Positions 13,670-27,300 of a DNA stretch of 64,000 bases are shown piece after piece (positions within the stretch are counted from its first letter, which is position 1; each line of letters opens with the position of its first letter). The DNA is taken from the NCBI GenBank assembly GCA_028826165.1, contig JAPDFW010000095.1, positions 124,001-188,000 of the forward strand, read 5' to 3'. This DNA comes from Anaeramoeba ignava BMAN. Lineage: Eukaryota > Protista > Anaeramoebae. The translations under genes and the position numbers were made by a program. The notes under the pieces were generated by a model that was not told the origin of the DNA, did no database searches, and saw only the letters and a list, made by a program, of their open reading frames with translations.

Positions 13670-15118
13670 TTAAATGAAAAAAGTCTCAAGTTCTTCAATA
13701 ACCCATTCATTATAAGAACCTGCTAAATAACCTTTAGCTTTATGTGTTCCTCGTTTCAATCTTTTGGGAAGATAATAAGCCCATCCTAAATTAGAATATC
13801 CAGGTTGTAATTTAGAATCTATTCTTAAATCATATCCTGATCCAAAAGTTGGCCCATAATGTGAATACCAATAATAAATAGCAACTTTTGTTGATTTTGG
13901 TTGAACTGAAAATTTCTGTGGTTTTCTGTCATTTCGATCATTTCGTAATGAAAAAAGAAATGCATTTGGATCAATAATATTCCCATCTTCTTGATTTTGA
14001 TCCATTTCTCTCCATTTTGATTTATCAGTTGTCCATCCAACTGAACTAAATCCTCCAAAAATAAAATTATCTTTTGTTTTTATAATAACTAATGTTTTTC
14101 CTTTATTATCACAAATATCATGCCATCTTTCACAATCAAATCCATCTCTTCTTGCTGAAAATCCTCTCCTCATTTTGTAAATAAATTCATCATCATTTAT
14201 CCATTCTCTAAGATTTTCAAAATGCTTTTTTTCTTTAATAATTTCTGAATCAAATCTAAATCTTGGTTTGAAAATTAATAAATTTTCTTTTTGATTTTGA
14301 TTTTGATTTTGATTTTCTTTTTGATTTTGGAATTGAATTAATTTTTCTGAAATTTCATTTGGAATTAATTCTTCTTTCAAAATATCTTCAAATTCTTGTT
14401 TTGTAAAATCAATAAATCTGATTTTTTGAATAATATTTGAAATTTGATTTTGTAATTTTTCTTTTTCTTCTTTATTCAGTTCTTTTTCTTGATTAATATT
14501 TGATTTATGTTTTCCCCATTTTATTATTGTTTGAAAAAGTTCAAATTCATTTGTTTGGATGTAATCGTTTGATAAAAGTGAATTTAAATGATTTTCTTCA
14601 AGTTCAATAAAAAAAGGAGTTTTAATCAATTTTTCAAAATTTTCAGAAATAAATTGATAAGAAGGATCTATTAATTGATCGAAGTTCATTGTTTCAGATA
14701 ATTTAAGAATATCAACAATAGTTTCAATTTGTAAGTTTTTTTTGATAAATTTTAAACAAATTCTAGTTAATTCATCAATTAAATATTTTGATGAAAAAAT
14801 TAAAATTTCAACTGCATTTTCTAAATTAATTTCAATCTTTCCTGAATAAAGATAATTTAAAATTGAAAATAGAATTGAACTGGAAACATCTTTTAAAATC
14901 ATTTTATTTTCTTGATATTCTTTCATTTTTGATTTGAAAAGTGATTTAAAATATTCACTTCTTGAAGAAAGAATTGATTTATGAGTTTTAAATGAAATTT
15001 TATTTTGTTCACAAATTATTTCAAAATCAAAATAACTTTCATTTTGATTTTGATTTTGATTTTGAAATAAATTTTTTAAATCATTTGAAAGTTTTTCTAA
15101 ATTTAAATAATTTTCCAT
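13670..15118 (-). CDS. BTB/POZ-BACK-TLDc domain protein (intronless)
   Basis: BTB HKSILSSRSEYFKSLF; BACK; TLDc FSARRDGF...WHDICDNKGKTLVIIKT...FGGF...AFLFSL...YGPTFGSGYDL...ELETFFI. Confidence 0.92.
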   Translation of the reverse strand: MENYLNLEKLSNDLKNLFQNQNQNQNESYFDFEIICEQNKISFKTHKSILSSRSEYFKSLFKSKMKEYQENKMILKDVSSSILFSILNYLYSGKIEINLENAVEILIFSSKYLIDELTRICLKFIKKNLQIETIVDILKLSETMNFDQLIDPSYQFISENFEKLIKTPFFIELEENHLNSLLSNDYIQTNEFELFQTIIKWGKHKSNINQEKELNKEEKEKLQNQISNIIQKIRFIDFTKQEFEDILKEELIPNEISEKLIQFQNQKENQNQNQNQKENLLIFKPRFRFDSEIIKEKKHFENLREWINDDEFIYKMRRGFSARRDGFDCERWHDICDNKGKTLVIIKTKDNFIFGGFSSVGWTTDKSKWREMDQNQEDGNIIDPNAFLFSLRNDRNDRKPQKFSVQPKSTKVAIYYWYSHYGPTFGSGYDLRIDSKLQPGYSNLGWAYYLPKRLKRGTHKAKGYLAGSYNEWVIEELETFFI

Positions 15119-15573
15119 TTTAATTTAAAAATTTAAAAAGAAAAAAATGAAAAATAATTTTTCTTCTTTTTTTTTTTTCGCATTTTGTTTATTTATTAAA
15201 TTAAAAAAAAAAACAAATTTTCTCAAATGATCATTTCTAATTTTAATAAAATAAAATAAATTCATAAATAATAATTAATTAAACTTATTAAAAAAAAAAA
15301 TTAAAATTAAAGAAAAAGAAAATAAATAAATTGATCAATTTATTTTATTTAATTTTTTTTTTGTTTTTTGATCTCTTTTTGTTTTTTATTTTAAAAAATT
15401 TTTTAATTTTAAATTTCATTTTTTTTCTTTCTTTTGTTTGATTTTTTTTATAAATAATAATAAATTAAAAAGGAATTTTATAAATTTAAAAACAACAAAC
15501 AATCAAAAGAAAAAATTTTTTTTTTTTTCAAAATTTAAATTCAATTTAAAAATCAATTTTCAAAAATTAAAAA

Positions 15574-18500
15574 ATGGATCAAAAAAAAGCAATTCAAAAT
15601 AAAGTATTTTTTGAACCACAATATCATCGAGTTGGAAGTTGGAATTTAGGAAGTTCTCCACAAGGATTTTCATTTGAAACAGGATTTAGAAAGCAAAGAG
15701 AAGAACTAGATAATTTAAGACAAATATTACAAAACAAAATGAAATCAAAATTATCAAAAACAAAAAATTCGAATTCGAAATTAAATTCAAATCCAAATAT
15801 AAATTCAAATTCAAATTCAAATTCAAAATCAAATTCAAATTCAAAATCAAATTCAAATTCAAAATCAACTGAAAATTCAAATGAAAATTTAAATATAAAT
15901 TCAAATTCAAATTTAAATTCAGAAATTCCGATTGAAAAACAAATTTTATGGAGTCATCTTGATGGAGTTGGAGATGATTTTCTGCTTAGAAATTCAACAC
16001 TTGCAATAAGAGATAAGAAATCAATTGTTCGAGAAATTCTTTTCCAAAAAGAAGAAAGAACTGTTTTATTTAGAATTCTTTTTCTTGAACATCGTTCACT
16101 TATTATTAAACAATTATGCCATCAATTATCTAAAAAAAGAACTTATTATTTAACTGCTGATTTAATTAGTTCAAATCAAGGAAATACAAAAATTAGTGAA
16201 TTAATGAGGTAATTTAATTTAATTTAATTTAATTTAATTTATAAAAAAAATTTTTTTTTTCTTCTTTTTTAATTGATCTTCAAAAAGGAGAAGTTTTTTA
16301 TTTTTCGAATTTTTCCAATTCAAATTTATAACACAATTTATAAACAAAATTTATAACAAAATCTATAACAAAATTTATAACAATTTAAAATTTATAACAC
16401 AATTTATAATACAATTTATAACACAATTTATAATACAATTTATAACAAAATTTATAACACAATTTATAATACAATTTATAACAAAATTTATAACAAAATT
16501 TATAACACAATTTATAACACAATTTATAACACAATTTATAATACAATTTATAACACAATTTATAATACAATTTATAATACAATTTATAACACAATTTATA
16601 ACACAATTTATAATACAATTTATAACAAAATTTATAACAAAATTTATAATTTACAATTTATAAACACAATTTATAAATAAAATTTATAACAAAAAAATTT
16701 AAAAACACAATTTAAAAACAAAATTTATAACACAATAATAAATTTATAAATAAAAATTTATAACAAAATTTAAAAACACAATTTATAACAAAATTTTAAA
16801 AATAATTTATAAACAAAATTTATAACAAAATTTATAACACAATTTATAAACAATAAAATTTATAAACACAATTTATAATACAATTTATAACACAATTTAT
16901 AACAAAAATTTATAACAAAATTAATAAAATTTATACAATTTATAAAACACAATTTATAAACAAATTTTATAACAAATTTTTACAAATTTAAATTTATAAA
17001 ACAATTTATAAAAACACAATTTATAACACAATTTATAACACAATTTATAACAAAATTTATAACAATTTATAACACAATTTATAAACAATTTATAACAAAA
17101 TTTTTAAACTAATTTATAACACAATTTATAAACAAAATTTATAACAAATTTATAATTTATAAACACAATTTATAACAAAATTTATAACAAAAAATTTATA
17201 AACACAATTTTATAACAAAATTTATAAAATTTATAACAAAATTTATATAAAAAATAATTTAAAAATTTATAAAAAATTTACAATTTATAACAAAATTTAT
17301 AACAAAATTTATAAACACAATTTATAAATTTATACAATTTATAATAAAATTTATAAAAAATTTATAACAAAATTTATAATAAAATTTAAAATTTATAAAA
17401 AAATTTAAAATTTATAAAAAAATTAAATTTATAAATAAAATTTATAAACAAAATTTATAAAAAAATTTATAAAAAATTTATAAAACAAAATAACACAATT
17501 TATAACAAAATCAAAATTTAATATTAAAATTTATAAACAATTTATTAAAATTTAAAAATACAAATAACAAATTTATAAAAAATATAATAAAATTAAAAAT
17601 AATTTACAAATTTATAATTTAAAATTTATAACAAAATTTTAAAAATTTATAATACTTTCTTTTAAAGCAAAAATTTATAACACAATTTTTATAAATTTAT
17701 AACACAATTTATAACACAATTTATAAATAATTTATAACACAATTTATAAATTTATAAAATTACAATTTTAAACATAATTTTAAATACAAATTTTTAATAA
17801 AATTTATAATAAAATTTATCAAAAATCAAAATAACAAAAATTTTATAACAAAATTTATAACAAAATTTATAACAAAATTTATAACAAAATTAAAAATTTA
17901 AAAATTTATAACAAAAATAAAAAAATTTATAACAAATTTATAACAAAAATTTATAACACAATTTATAACAAAATTTATAAATAAAATTTATAACACAATT
18001 TATAACAAAATTTATAATTTATAATACAATTTATAAAAATAAATTTATAAATATAAAAATAACAAAATTTATAAATAATTTAAATTTATAACAAAATTTA
18101 TAACACAATTTATAACACAATTTATAACACAATTTATAACACAATTTATAATACAATTTATAAAACAATTTATAATACAATTTATAACACAATTTATAAA
18201 ATAACAAAATTTAAAAAACAATTTATAAACAAAAATAATACAATTTTAAAATAACAAATTTATAAAAACAATTTTAAAATTTATAAAAAAAACAAAATTT
18301 ATAAACACAATTTATAACAAAATTTATAACAAAATTTATAATTTATTGAACACCTTTTTCCCCTTCAATAAAACCTCAAAATCCATTCATTTCTTAAGGC
18401 AAAAGACACCCCCAAGACAATAACAAAATTATTGTCGAGTGCTTTAATAAAATGAAAAACAAAAAAATAATCTATCATCATATTTAGTTTTTATTTTTGT

Positions 18501-21500
18501 CCCGAAAACAAAAAAATCATAAAAATGTGTTTTTTTATTTTCGGGACAACTCGACAATTGAGAACTATTTCTTAAATAATTTTTCTTTGATTTTGTTTTT
18601 CTTTCCGAAAATTGATTGAAAAAAAAATTATTAATTTCTCAATTTTTAAATTAAACGGTTTCGACAAAAATTCGATGAAATAGAAAAATTTCGAAAAGCA
18701 ATAATTTTTATTGCTTCGGATTCAAAAGTATTATAATCAATTTATAAAATACAATTTATAAACAATTTATAATACAAAAACACAATTTACAATTTATAAC
18801 AAATTTTAAAAAAAAATAAAAAATTAATTTATAACAAAAATTTATAAACACAATTTATAAATACAAAAATTTAAAATTTATAATAAAATTTATAACAAAA
18901 TTTATAACAAAATTTATAAATAAAATTTATAATTTATAACAAAATTTATAAATATAATTTATAACAAAATTTATAATACAATTTATACTTACACAATTTA
19001 TAAAATAACATTAATTTATAAAATCAAAATAAAACAAAAAAAACAAAATTTAAATTTAAAATTTAATACAATTTATAACACAATTTATAACAAAATTTTA
19101 TAACAAAATTTATAACAAAATTTATAACATAATTTATAACACAATTTATAACAAAATTTATAACATAATTTATAACAAATTTTTAAATTCAATTTATAAC
19201 ACAAAAGACAAATTAAAAATTTTTTTACAAGGCAAAAGTCTTAAATTAATAGAGATTTTACAAACAATTCCAAATGATGGTAATTTAAAATTAATTTAAA
19301 ATTAAAATTAAAATCAAAATCAAAATCAAAATCAAATTTAAAATCAAAATCAAAATTAAAATCAAAATCAAAATCATAATTAAAATCAAAATTAAAATCA
19401 AAATCAAAATTAAAATCAAAATTAAAATCAAAATTAAAATAAATTAAAATCAAAATTAAAATCAAAATCAAAATATAAATATAAATTCTTTTTCTTGGTT
19501 TTGTTTTAGACCTTTTACCTTGTTCTTTTCTTATAAAATATCTTTCAAAAGGAGAAAAACCAAGTTTTAATGAATTTTTAAAATTTATTCCTGATCCAAA
19601 TGTTGCTTCAATTTGGAGATCTTTAATTGGTTATTGGAAACATAATTACAAATTTAAAAATGATGCATTAGTTCAATTATCAGCATTATATTCACCAATA
19701 TTTATAACACCAGCAATTCGTGAAATTTCACAACAAAATGAATTTATTGATCAAGAAAAAGAAAAAGAAAATCAAGAAATTGAAAAAATTAATGAATATG
19801 AAAAAGCAATTAAAGTTTTAAATAAACAAAAAGAAGGATCAGTTCAAATTACAACAAGAAGAAGATATATTCAATCTCAACAATTTCAACAAGAAAAATT
19901 ATCAGTTAATCTCAAAAAATCACGTCTTAAAATTCCAACAAATTCTGATGAAAAAAATCAATCACTTCAAATTTGGGAAAATTTTTATTTAGTTTTAACT
20001 TTAGATGAAATTGAATTTTATAAATCAAAAGAAAAAATAGAAAAAATTGGATCACTTAAACTTAAAGATATTTCAGTTTTCCAAAAAAATGTTTTAGAAT
20101 CAAAATTGATTACTAATACTGAAAAAGACTCTAAATTTCCTCAAGAAAAAAGGGCTCAATCTCTTCCTTCAACTCCTCTTAGATCAAAGAAAATTGTTTC
20201 AAATGAAAAATCTATTCAAGATGAACAATTAGATTTTAATAAAATTTTTCTTATTCGTGATTCTTATACTGGAAAAACTATTCAAATTAAAGTTTCTTTT
20301 GAAACTGAAAAAGATATTTGGGTTTCTGAAATTCTTAAAAGAAAAAGAGCATTGAATGTAAAATTAAAATTAAAATCAAAATTAAAATTAAAATCAAATT
20401 AAAAATATTTCTTTAATTATCTTTTTAATAGAATAATTATATTAGTATTATTAAGCAATTATGTTATAAAGATCCTGATAATATTATTCTTCATAATCTT
20501 TTAGTTGATAATAGAATGATTTTAGCATCAGCAATTATAGAAAATGATTCAACAAGAATTTATGAAAAAGGATTTGAAACAGGAACATCTTTAGCACAAG
20601 CATTAGTTTATTCATTTTATTCAAAAAACAAAGCACATCAATTAATTAGAGCATTAATTCATCAAGAAATTACAGTTGAAAAGAGTAATATTTAAATTTC
20701 CAAATCAAATATTTAAATCAAATATTTAAATCAAATATTTAAATCAATTATTTAAATTTATAAAATATTTAAATTAAATATTTAAATCAATTATTTAAAT
20801 TTATAAAATATTTAAATCAAATATTTAAATTTATAAATCAAATATTTAAATTTAAATTTAAATTTATAAAATAAATAGCTACCGATATTTCATTATTTAG
20901 ATCATCAACTTTCCCTTCAAAAGCATTAGGAGTATATTCACATATGGTTGGAGAAGCATATTTAAAAGAAACAATAAGTTCCTTAATAACAAGCGTATCA
21001 CAAATCAAAACATATTTAGAAGTAGATTCCGATCGAGTTGGAAAAGAAGCAGCAGAAAGAAATAAAAACGCAATTATAACAATATCAAGTGAATTCATTT
21101 CAAAAATAATAGGATCATTAAATCAAATTCCAGTTCCATTTTTTGAGATAGCTTCATGGATAGACAAAACAATCAAGAGAATATATCCTCTTGCAACTTT
21201 TAGAGCAATCAATAGCTTCATTTTCCTTCGATTTTTTGTACCTGCAATTGCAACTCCTGAAGCTTTTGGAATTATTGAAAAGGAAAAAGTTGATATAACA
21301 ACAAGAAAGAATCTTGTTTTAATTTCAAAAATTATCCAAAATATCGCAAATCAAACAGAAATAACAGTTGGAAATCTTGTTTGTTTAAATTCCTTTATTG
21401 CTCAAACTTCAGTTTATGTTACTAGACTTTATCATGAATTGATTCAAATTCCAAATCGGAAAAATATTTGGATTCAAGAATTTAAACCTTTATCAAATTC

Positions 21501-21645
21501 TCAAATTCAAGAATCTTTGGCTTATATTCGTAGTTATATTTCAAGAAATTTTGAAGATATTCGTGATGTTCTTCTTCATTATGATACTACTAAAACTTTA
21601 ACTCCTTTTGTTTTCGATTTTATTGAAAATTTAATTGAAAAATGA
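15574..21645 (+). CDS. PH-domain Ras GTPase-activating protein (multi-exon)
   Basis: Exons approximately 15574-16208, ~19232-19279, 19510-20357, 20432-20684, 20879-21645. PH-like WENFYLVLT..EIEFYK...EKDIWVSEI; RasGAP arginine finger SLFRSSTFPSK and FIFLRFFVPAIATPE...LVLISKIIQNIAN. Confidence 0.88.
16322..19200 (+). repeat. Intronic ~12-bp repeat (AATTTATAACAC/AA)n, interrupted by a unique island
   Basis: Directly visible; degenerate in the middle. Confidence 0.92.
18342..18725. ncRNA. Candidate structured non-coding RNA (unclassified) inside the RasGAP intron
   Basis: Non-repetitive island with several perfect complementary pairs (18431-40/18549-58, 18497-508/18538-49, 18556-64/18636-44, 18696-704/18708-16, 18342-50/18364-72). 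No ORF in the track. Confidence 0.5.
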
Positions 21646-21699
21646 TTTTTTTTTTTACATTTTAAAAATAAAAAGAAAAATTTTTTTAATTTTCTAATT

Positions 21700-24095
21700 T
21701 AAATTATATTAATATTTTTAATAATAATTTAATAATAATTTATTTATAAATTAATATAAAATTAAATTTAAAAATAAAATATTAATTAATTATAATTTAA
21801 AATAAATTTAAATTTAAATAAAAAATTGATTAAAATATTTAATTAAAATTATATTAATATTTTTAATAATATTTAATAATAATTTATTTATAAATTAATA
21901 TAAAATTAAATTTAAAAATAAAATATAATTTAATTATAATTTAAAATAAACTTAAATTTAAATAAAAATTAAATAAAATATTTAATTAAAATTATATTAA
22001 TATATTTTTAATAATATTTAATAATAATTTATTTATAAATTAATATAAAATTAAATTTAAAAATAAAATATAATTTAATTATAATTTAAAATAAACTTAA
22101 ATTTAAATAAAAAATTAAATAAAATATTTAAATTAAAATTATATTAATATTTTTAATAATAATTTAATAATAATTTATTTATAAATTAATATAAAATTAA
22201 ATTTAAAAACAAAATATAAATTAATTATAATTTAAAATAGACTTAAATTTAAATAAAAATTGAATAAAATATTTAATTTAAAATTTTATTAATATTTTTA
22301 ATAATATTTATTAATAATTTATTTATAAATTAATATAAAATTAAATTTTAAAAACAAAATATAAATTAATTATAATTTAAAATAAATTTAAATTTAAATA
22401 AAAATTGAATAAAATATTTAAATTAAAATTATATTAATATTTTTAATAATAATTTAATAACAATTTATTTATAAATTAATATAAAATTAAATTTAAAAAC
22501 AAAATATAAATTAATTATAATTTAAAATAAACTTAAATTTAAATAAAAATTGATTAAAATATTTAATTAAAATTATATTAATATTTTTAATTATAATTTA
22601 ATAATAATTTATTTATAAATTAATATAAAATTAAATTTTAAAAATAAAATATAAATTAATTATAATTTAAAATAAACTTAAATTTAATTAAAAATTGAAT
22701 AAAATATTTAATTTAAAATTTTATTAATATTTTTAATTATAATTTAATAATAATTTATTTATAAATTAATATAAAATTAAATTTAAAAAATAAAATATAA
22801 ATTAATTATAATTTTAAAATAAACTTAAATTTAAATAAAAATTGAATAAAATATTTAATTAAAATTATATTAATATTTTTAATTATAATTTAATAATAAT
22901 TTATTTATAAATTAATATAAAAATTAAATTTAAAAACAAAATATAAATTAATTATAATTTAAAAATAAATTTAAATTTAAATAAAAAATTGAATAAAATA
23001 TTTAATTAAAAATTATATTAATATTTTTAATTATAATTTAATAATAATTTATTTATAAATTAATATAAAATTAAATTTAAAAACAAAATATAAATTAATT
23101 ATAATTTAAAATAAAATTTAAATTTAAATAAAAATTGAATAAAATATTTAATTAAAATTTTATTAATATTTTTAATAATATTTAATAATAATTTATTTAT
23201 AAATTAATATAAAATTAAATTTTAAAAACAAAATATTAATTAATTATAATTTAAAATAAATTTAAATTTAAATAAAAAATTGAATAAAATATTTAATTTA
23301 AATTATATTAATATTTTTAATTATATTTAATAATAATTTATTTATAAATTAATATAAAATTAAATTTAAAAATAAAATATAAATTAATTATAATTTAAAA
23401 TAAACTTAAATTTAAATTAAAAAATTGAATAAAATATTTAATTTAAAATTATATTAATATTTTTAATTATATTTAATAATTATTTATTTATAAATTAATA
23501 TAAAATTAAATTTTTAAAAGAAAATATTAATTAATTATAATTTAAAATAAACTTAAATTTAAATAAAAATTGATTAAAATATTTAATTTAAATTATATTA
23601 ATATTTTTAATTATAATTTAATAATAATTTATTTATAAATTAATATAAAATTAAATTTAAAAATAAAATATAAATTAATTATAATTTAAAATAAACTTAA
23701 ATTTAAATAAAAATTGAATAAAATATTTAATTAAAATTATATTAATATTTTTTAATAATAATTTAATAATAATTTATTTATAAATTAATATAAAATTAAA
23801 TTTTAAAAACAAAATATAAATTAATTATAATTTAAAAATAAATTTAAATTTAAATAAAAATTGAATAAAAATATTTAATTAAAATTATATTAATATTTTT
23901 AATAATATTTATTAATAATTTATTTATAAATTAATATAAAATTAAATTTAAAAATAAAATATAAATTAATTATAATTTAAAATAAACTTAAATTTAAATA
24001 AAAAATTGAATAAAATATTTAATTAAAATTATATTAATATTTTTAATTATAATTTAATAATAATTTATTTATAAATTAATATAAAATTAAATTTT
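21700..24095. repeat. Intergenic ~144-bp unit AT satellite, ~16 copies
   Basis: Anchor AAATTATATTAATA recurs at 21701, 21846, ~21989 and onward. Confidence 0.93.
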
Positions 24096-24324
24096 AAAGA
24101 AAAAAAGAAAAAAAAAGAAAAAAAAATTAAAAAAAAAATTAATTTAATTAAAAAAAAAAAGATCAGTTTTAACTTTATTTTCTTTTTATTTTTTTTTCTT
24201 TTTTACTTTCTTTCTTTTACTTTCTTTTACTTTCTTTTTTTTTTTTTACTTTCTTTTTACTTTCTTTTTATTTTCTTTTTACTTTCCTTTTATAAATTGT
24301 TAAAAAAATAATAAATAAAACAAA

Positions 24325-27300
24325 ATGCAATATTATCAACAACAAAATCAAAAAAAAAATCAACAACAACAAAAAGAAATTGAAAATTCAATTATTTTTA
24401 CAGCATTTCAAAAAGCTTTTTTAAATGAAGATAAAGAAAGAATAATTTCTCTTTTTAAAGAATGCTTTATTTTTCTTCAACAAGAAAAACCAGATAAAAC
24501 AATTTTTATTGTTCTTTTATTTTTAAATCAAAAATTTTTTAAATTTTTTTTAAATGAAGAAATTGTTCAAATGTTTATTAATTTATTCTATTCTAAATCT
24601 TCTATTTTACCATTACTTGCATGCCAAATTCTTAATAGAACATTTTATAATATTTTTGAATGGCCAGAATCTTTTGTTTATGTATTCCTTTTTTTTTTCT
24701 ATTTTTTATTCCAAAATATTTTATAAATTTATTTTTTATTAAATTTAATTTGGAAACTTAAATATTTGATTTAAATATTTGATTTGGAAATTTAAATAAT
24801 TGATTTAAATAATAGATTTAAATAATTGATTTAAATATTTGATTTTAAATATTAGATTTAAATATTTGATTTAAATATATTAGATTTAAATATTTGATTT
24901 AAATTGATTTAAATATTAATTGATTTAAATAATTGATTTAAATAATTGATTTAAATAATTGATTTAAATAATTGATTTAAATAATTGATTTAAATAATTG
25001 ATTTAAATAATTGATTTAAATAATTGATTTAAATAATTGATTTAAATATTTGATTTAAATAATTGATTTAAATAATTGATTTAAATAATTGATTTAAATA
25101 ATTGATTTAAATAATTGATTTAAATAATTGATTTAAATATATTTGATTTAAATAATTGATTTAAATAATTGATTTAAATAATTGATTTAAATAATTGATT
25201 AAATATATTTAAATATATTGATTTAAATAATTGATTTAAATATTTTTGATTTTAAATTTAAATATTTGATTTAAAAACAAATATTTTGATTTAAATATTT
25301 TTTAAGGATTTAAATATTTGATTTAAATAATTGATTTTAAATATTTTGATTTAAATATTTGATTTAAATATTTGATTTATAAATTTAATTTAAATATTTG
25401 ATTTAAATATTTGATTTAAATATTTGATTTAAATATTTGATTTAAATAATTGATTTAAATAATTGATTTAAATAATTGATTTAAATAATTGATTTAAATA
25501 ATTGATTTAAATATTGATTTAAATAATTGATTTTAAATAATTGATTTGGAAATTTAAATATTTGATTTAAATAATTGATTTAAATATTTGATTTAAATAT
25601 TTGATTTAAATATTTGATTTAAATATTTGATTTAAATATTTTGATTTAAATAATTGATTTAAATATTTGATTTAAATATTTGTATTGATTTAAATATTTG
25701 ATTTAAATATATTGATTTAAATATATTGATTTAAATATTTTGATTTAAATATTTGATTTAAATATATTGATTTAAATATATTGATTTAAATATTTGATTT
25801 AAATAATTGATTTAAATAATTGATTTAAATAATTGATTTAAATAATTGATTTAAATATTGATTTAATTTATTTAAATATTTGATTAAAATAATTGATTTA
25901 AATATTTGATTTAAATAATTTGTAAATTTATTGTGAATAGGCATACATAGAAGATGCAACTAATCAAAGAAAATGGATAGATCATGATCTCGCTTTTTTA
26001 TTTATACTAAATATTGAAACAGTTTTTAAACCTGATAATTGTATTATTATATTTATATTTATATTTATATTTATATTTATATTTATATTTATATTTATAT
26101 TTATATTTATATTTATATTTATATTTATATTTATATTTATATTTATATTTATATTTATATTTATATTTATATTTATATTTATATTTATATTTATATTTAT
26201 ATTTATATTTATATTTATATTTATATTTATATTTATATTTATAAAAAAAAAAGATCCACCAGAATCAATTAAATCAATTTATCAAAATAATTTTAGCAAC
26301 CATAATAACGAAGATTATAAAATCTATAACAGATATGATCACAATCCAAATTTCAAAAATCAAATGAAAGAAAAAATCTTAAAAATTATTCACTCAAGAA
26401 TTGAACAACAAAACAATCTCAACGACCAGAAATCAACACTATTATTGATTCTAAGCACAATATACTTCCCAGAATCAAGATATTTTGGATCATTGCATTT
26501 ATCAAATTGGTTAAATAACCCAGTTTTTAAAGGATCACCTAAAAAATTAATAAGACAAATAGCCAAATATTGTTCAGTCAATCAACACGATGAAAATACA
26601 GTTAAAAACATCATCAAATTGCAGGTAAAAGTCACAGATGAAACACTCAAAAAAGAATGCATTCATACAATATTGGATAACAACCCAAAATACGCCCAAA
26701 TTGTTGTTGATCATTTCATCACTCAAGAAATTCATGAACAAATCAAATACTCAAAAGTTTTTTCAGGAAAAACAACTGTTTTTGGTGCTTCAAGTGGAAA
26801 TTGCAGAATGATTCCTTTATACCTTCCTGTATCTTTGCAACAAAATATCGAAGAATTAATAGGTTTCTCACTCCAATCCCTTTCAAAAAACCAAGAATAT
26901 CACGAACATTTAACAAATATCTGCAAAACAATCACAAAAGAAATTCATTATGAACTTGATTATTCTTTGATTTGCAAAACATTAATGAATATCCAAAATA
27001 TTTCAGGTTTAATTCAAATGAACCAAAACGAGAAGAATCAATGGATGATTTCTATTGGACAAATGGTTTCTGCTTTTATTTTCTTCTTTTTATCAAAACA
27101 ATCATCCAAATCAAATGAAAATGAAAATGAAATTTTGGAAGTTATATCAAAAATTCAACTTTATTCAACTAGATGGTGCTTATATCAACTACCCAAAATC
27201 CTCTCAAATTCAATCAATCAAGTATCTGCTCAAATAATGCAAGACTTGTTCTTTATTCAACCTCCTTCTTATTTAAAATTGCATACTCAATCAAGAGAAT

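Noticed and set aside
18560-18645. Group I intron core (minus-strand AAGAAATAGTTC resembles the S element)
   Set aside because: The partner strand lacks the G-C pair of the guanosine-binding site, and no P/Q elements were found.
18985-18996. U1 snRNA 5' end (ATACTTAC)
   Set aside because: Chance variant within the 12-bp repeat; no U1 stems or Sm site follow.
21700-24095. A second microexon cassette
   Set aside because: No consistent GT/AG pair per unit on either strand and no interrupted host gene; the same applies to 31710-32585.
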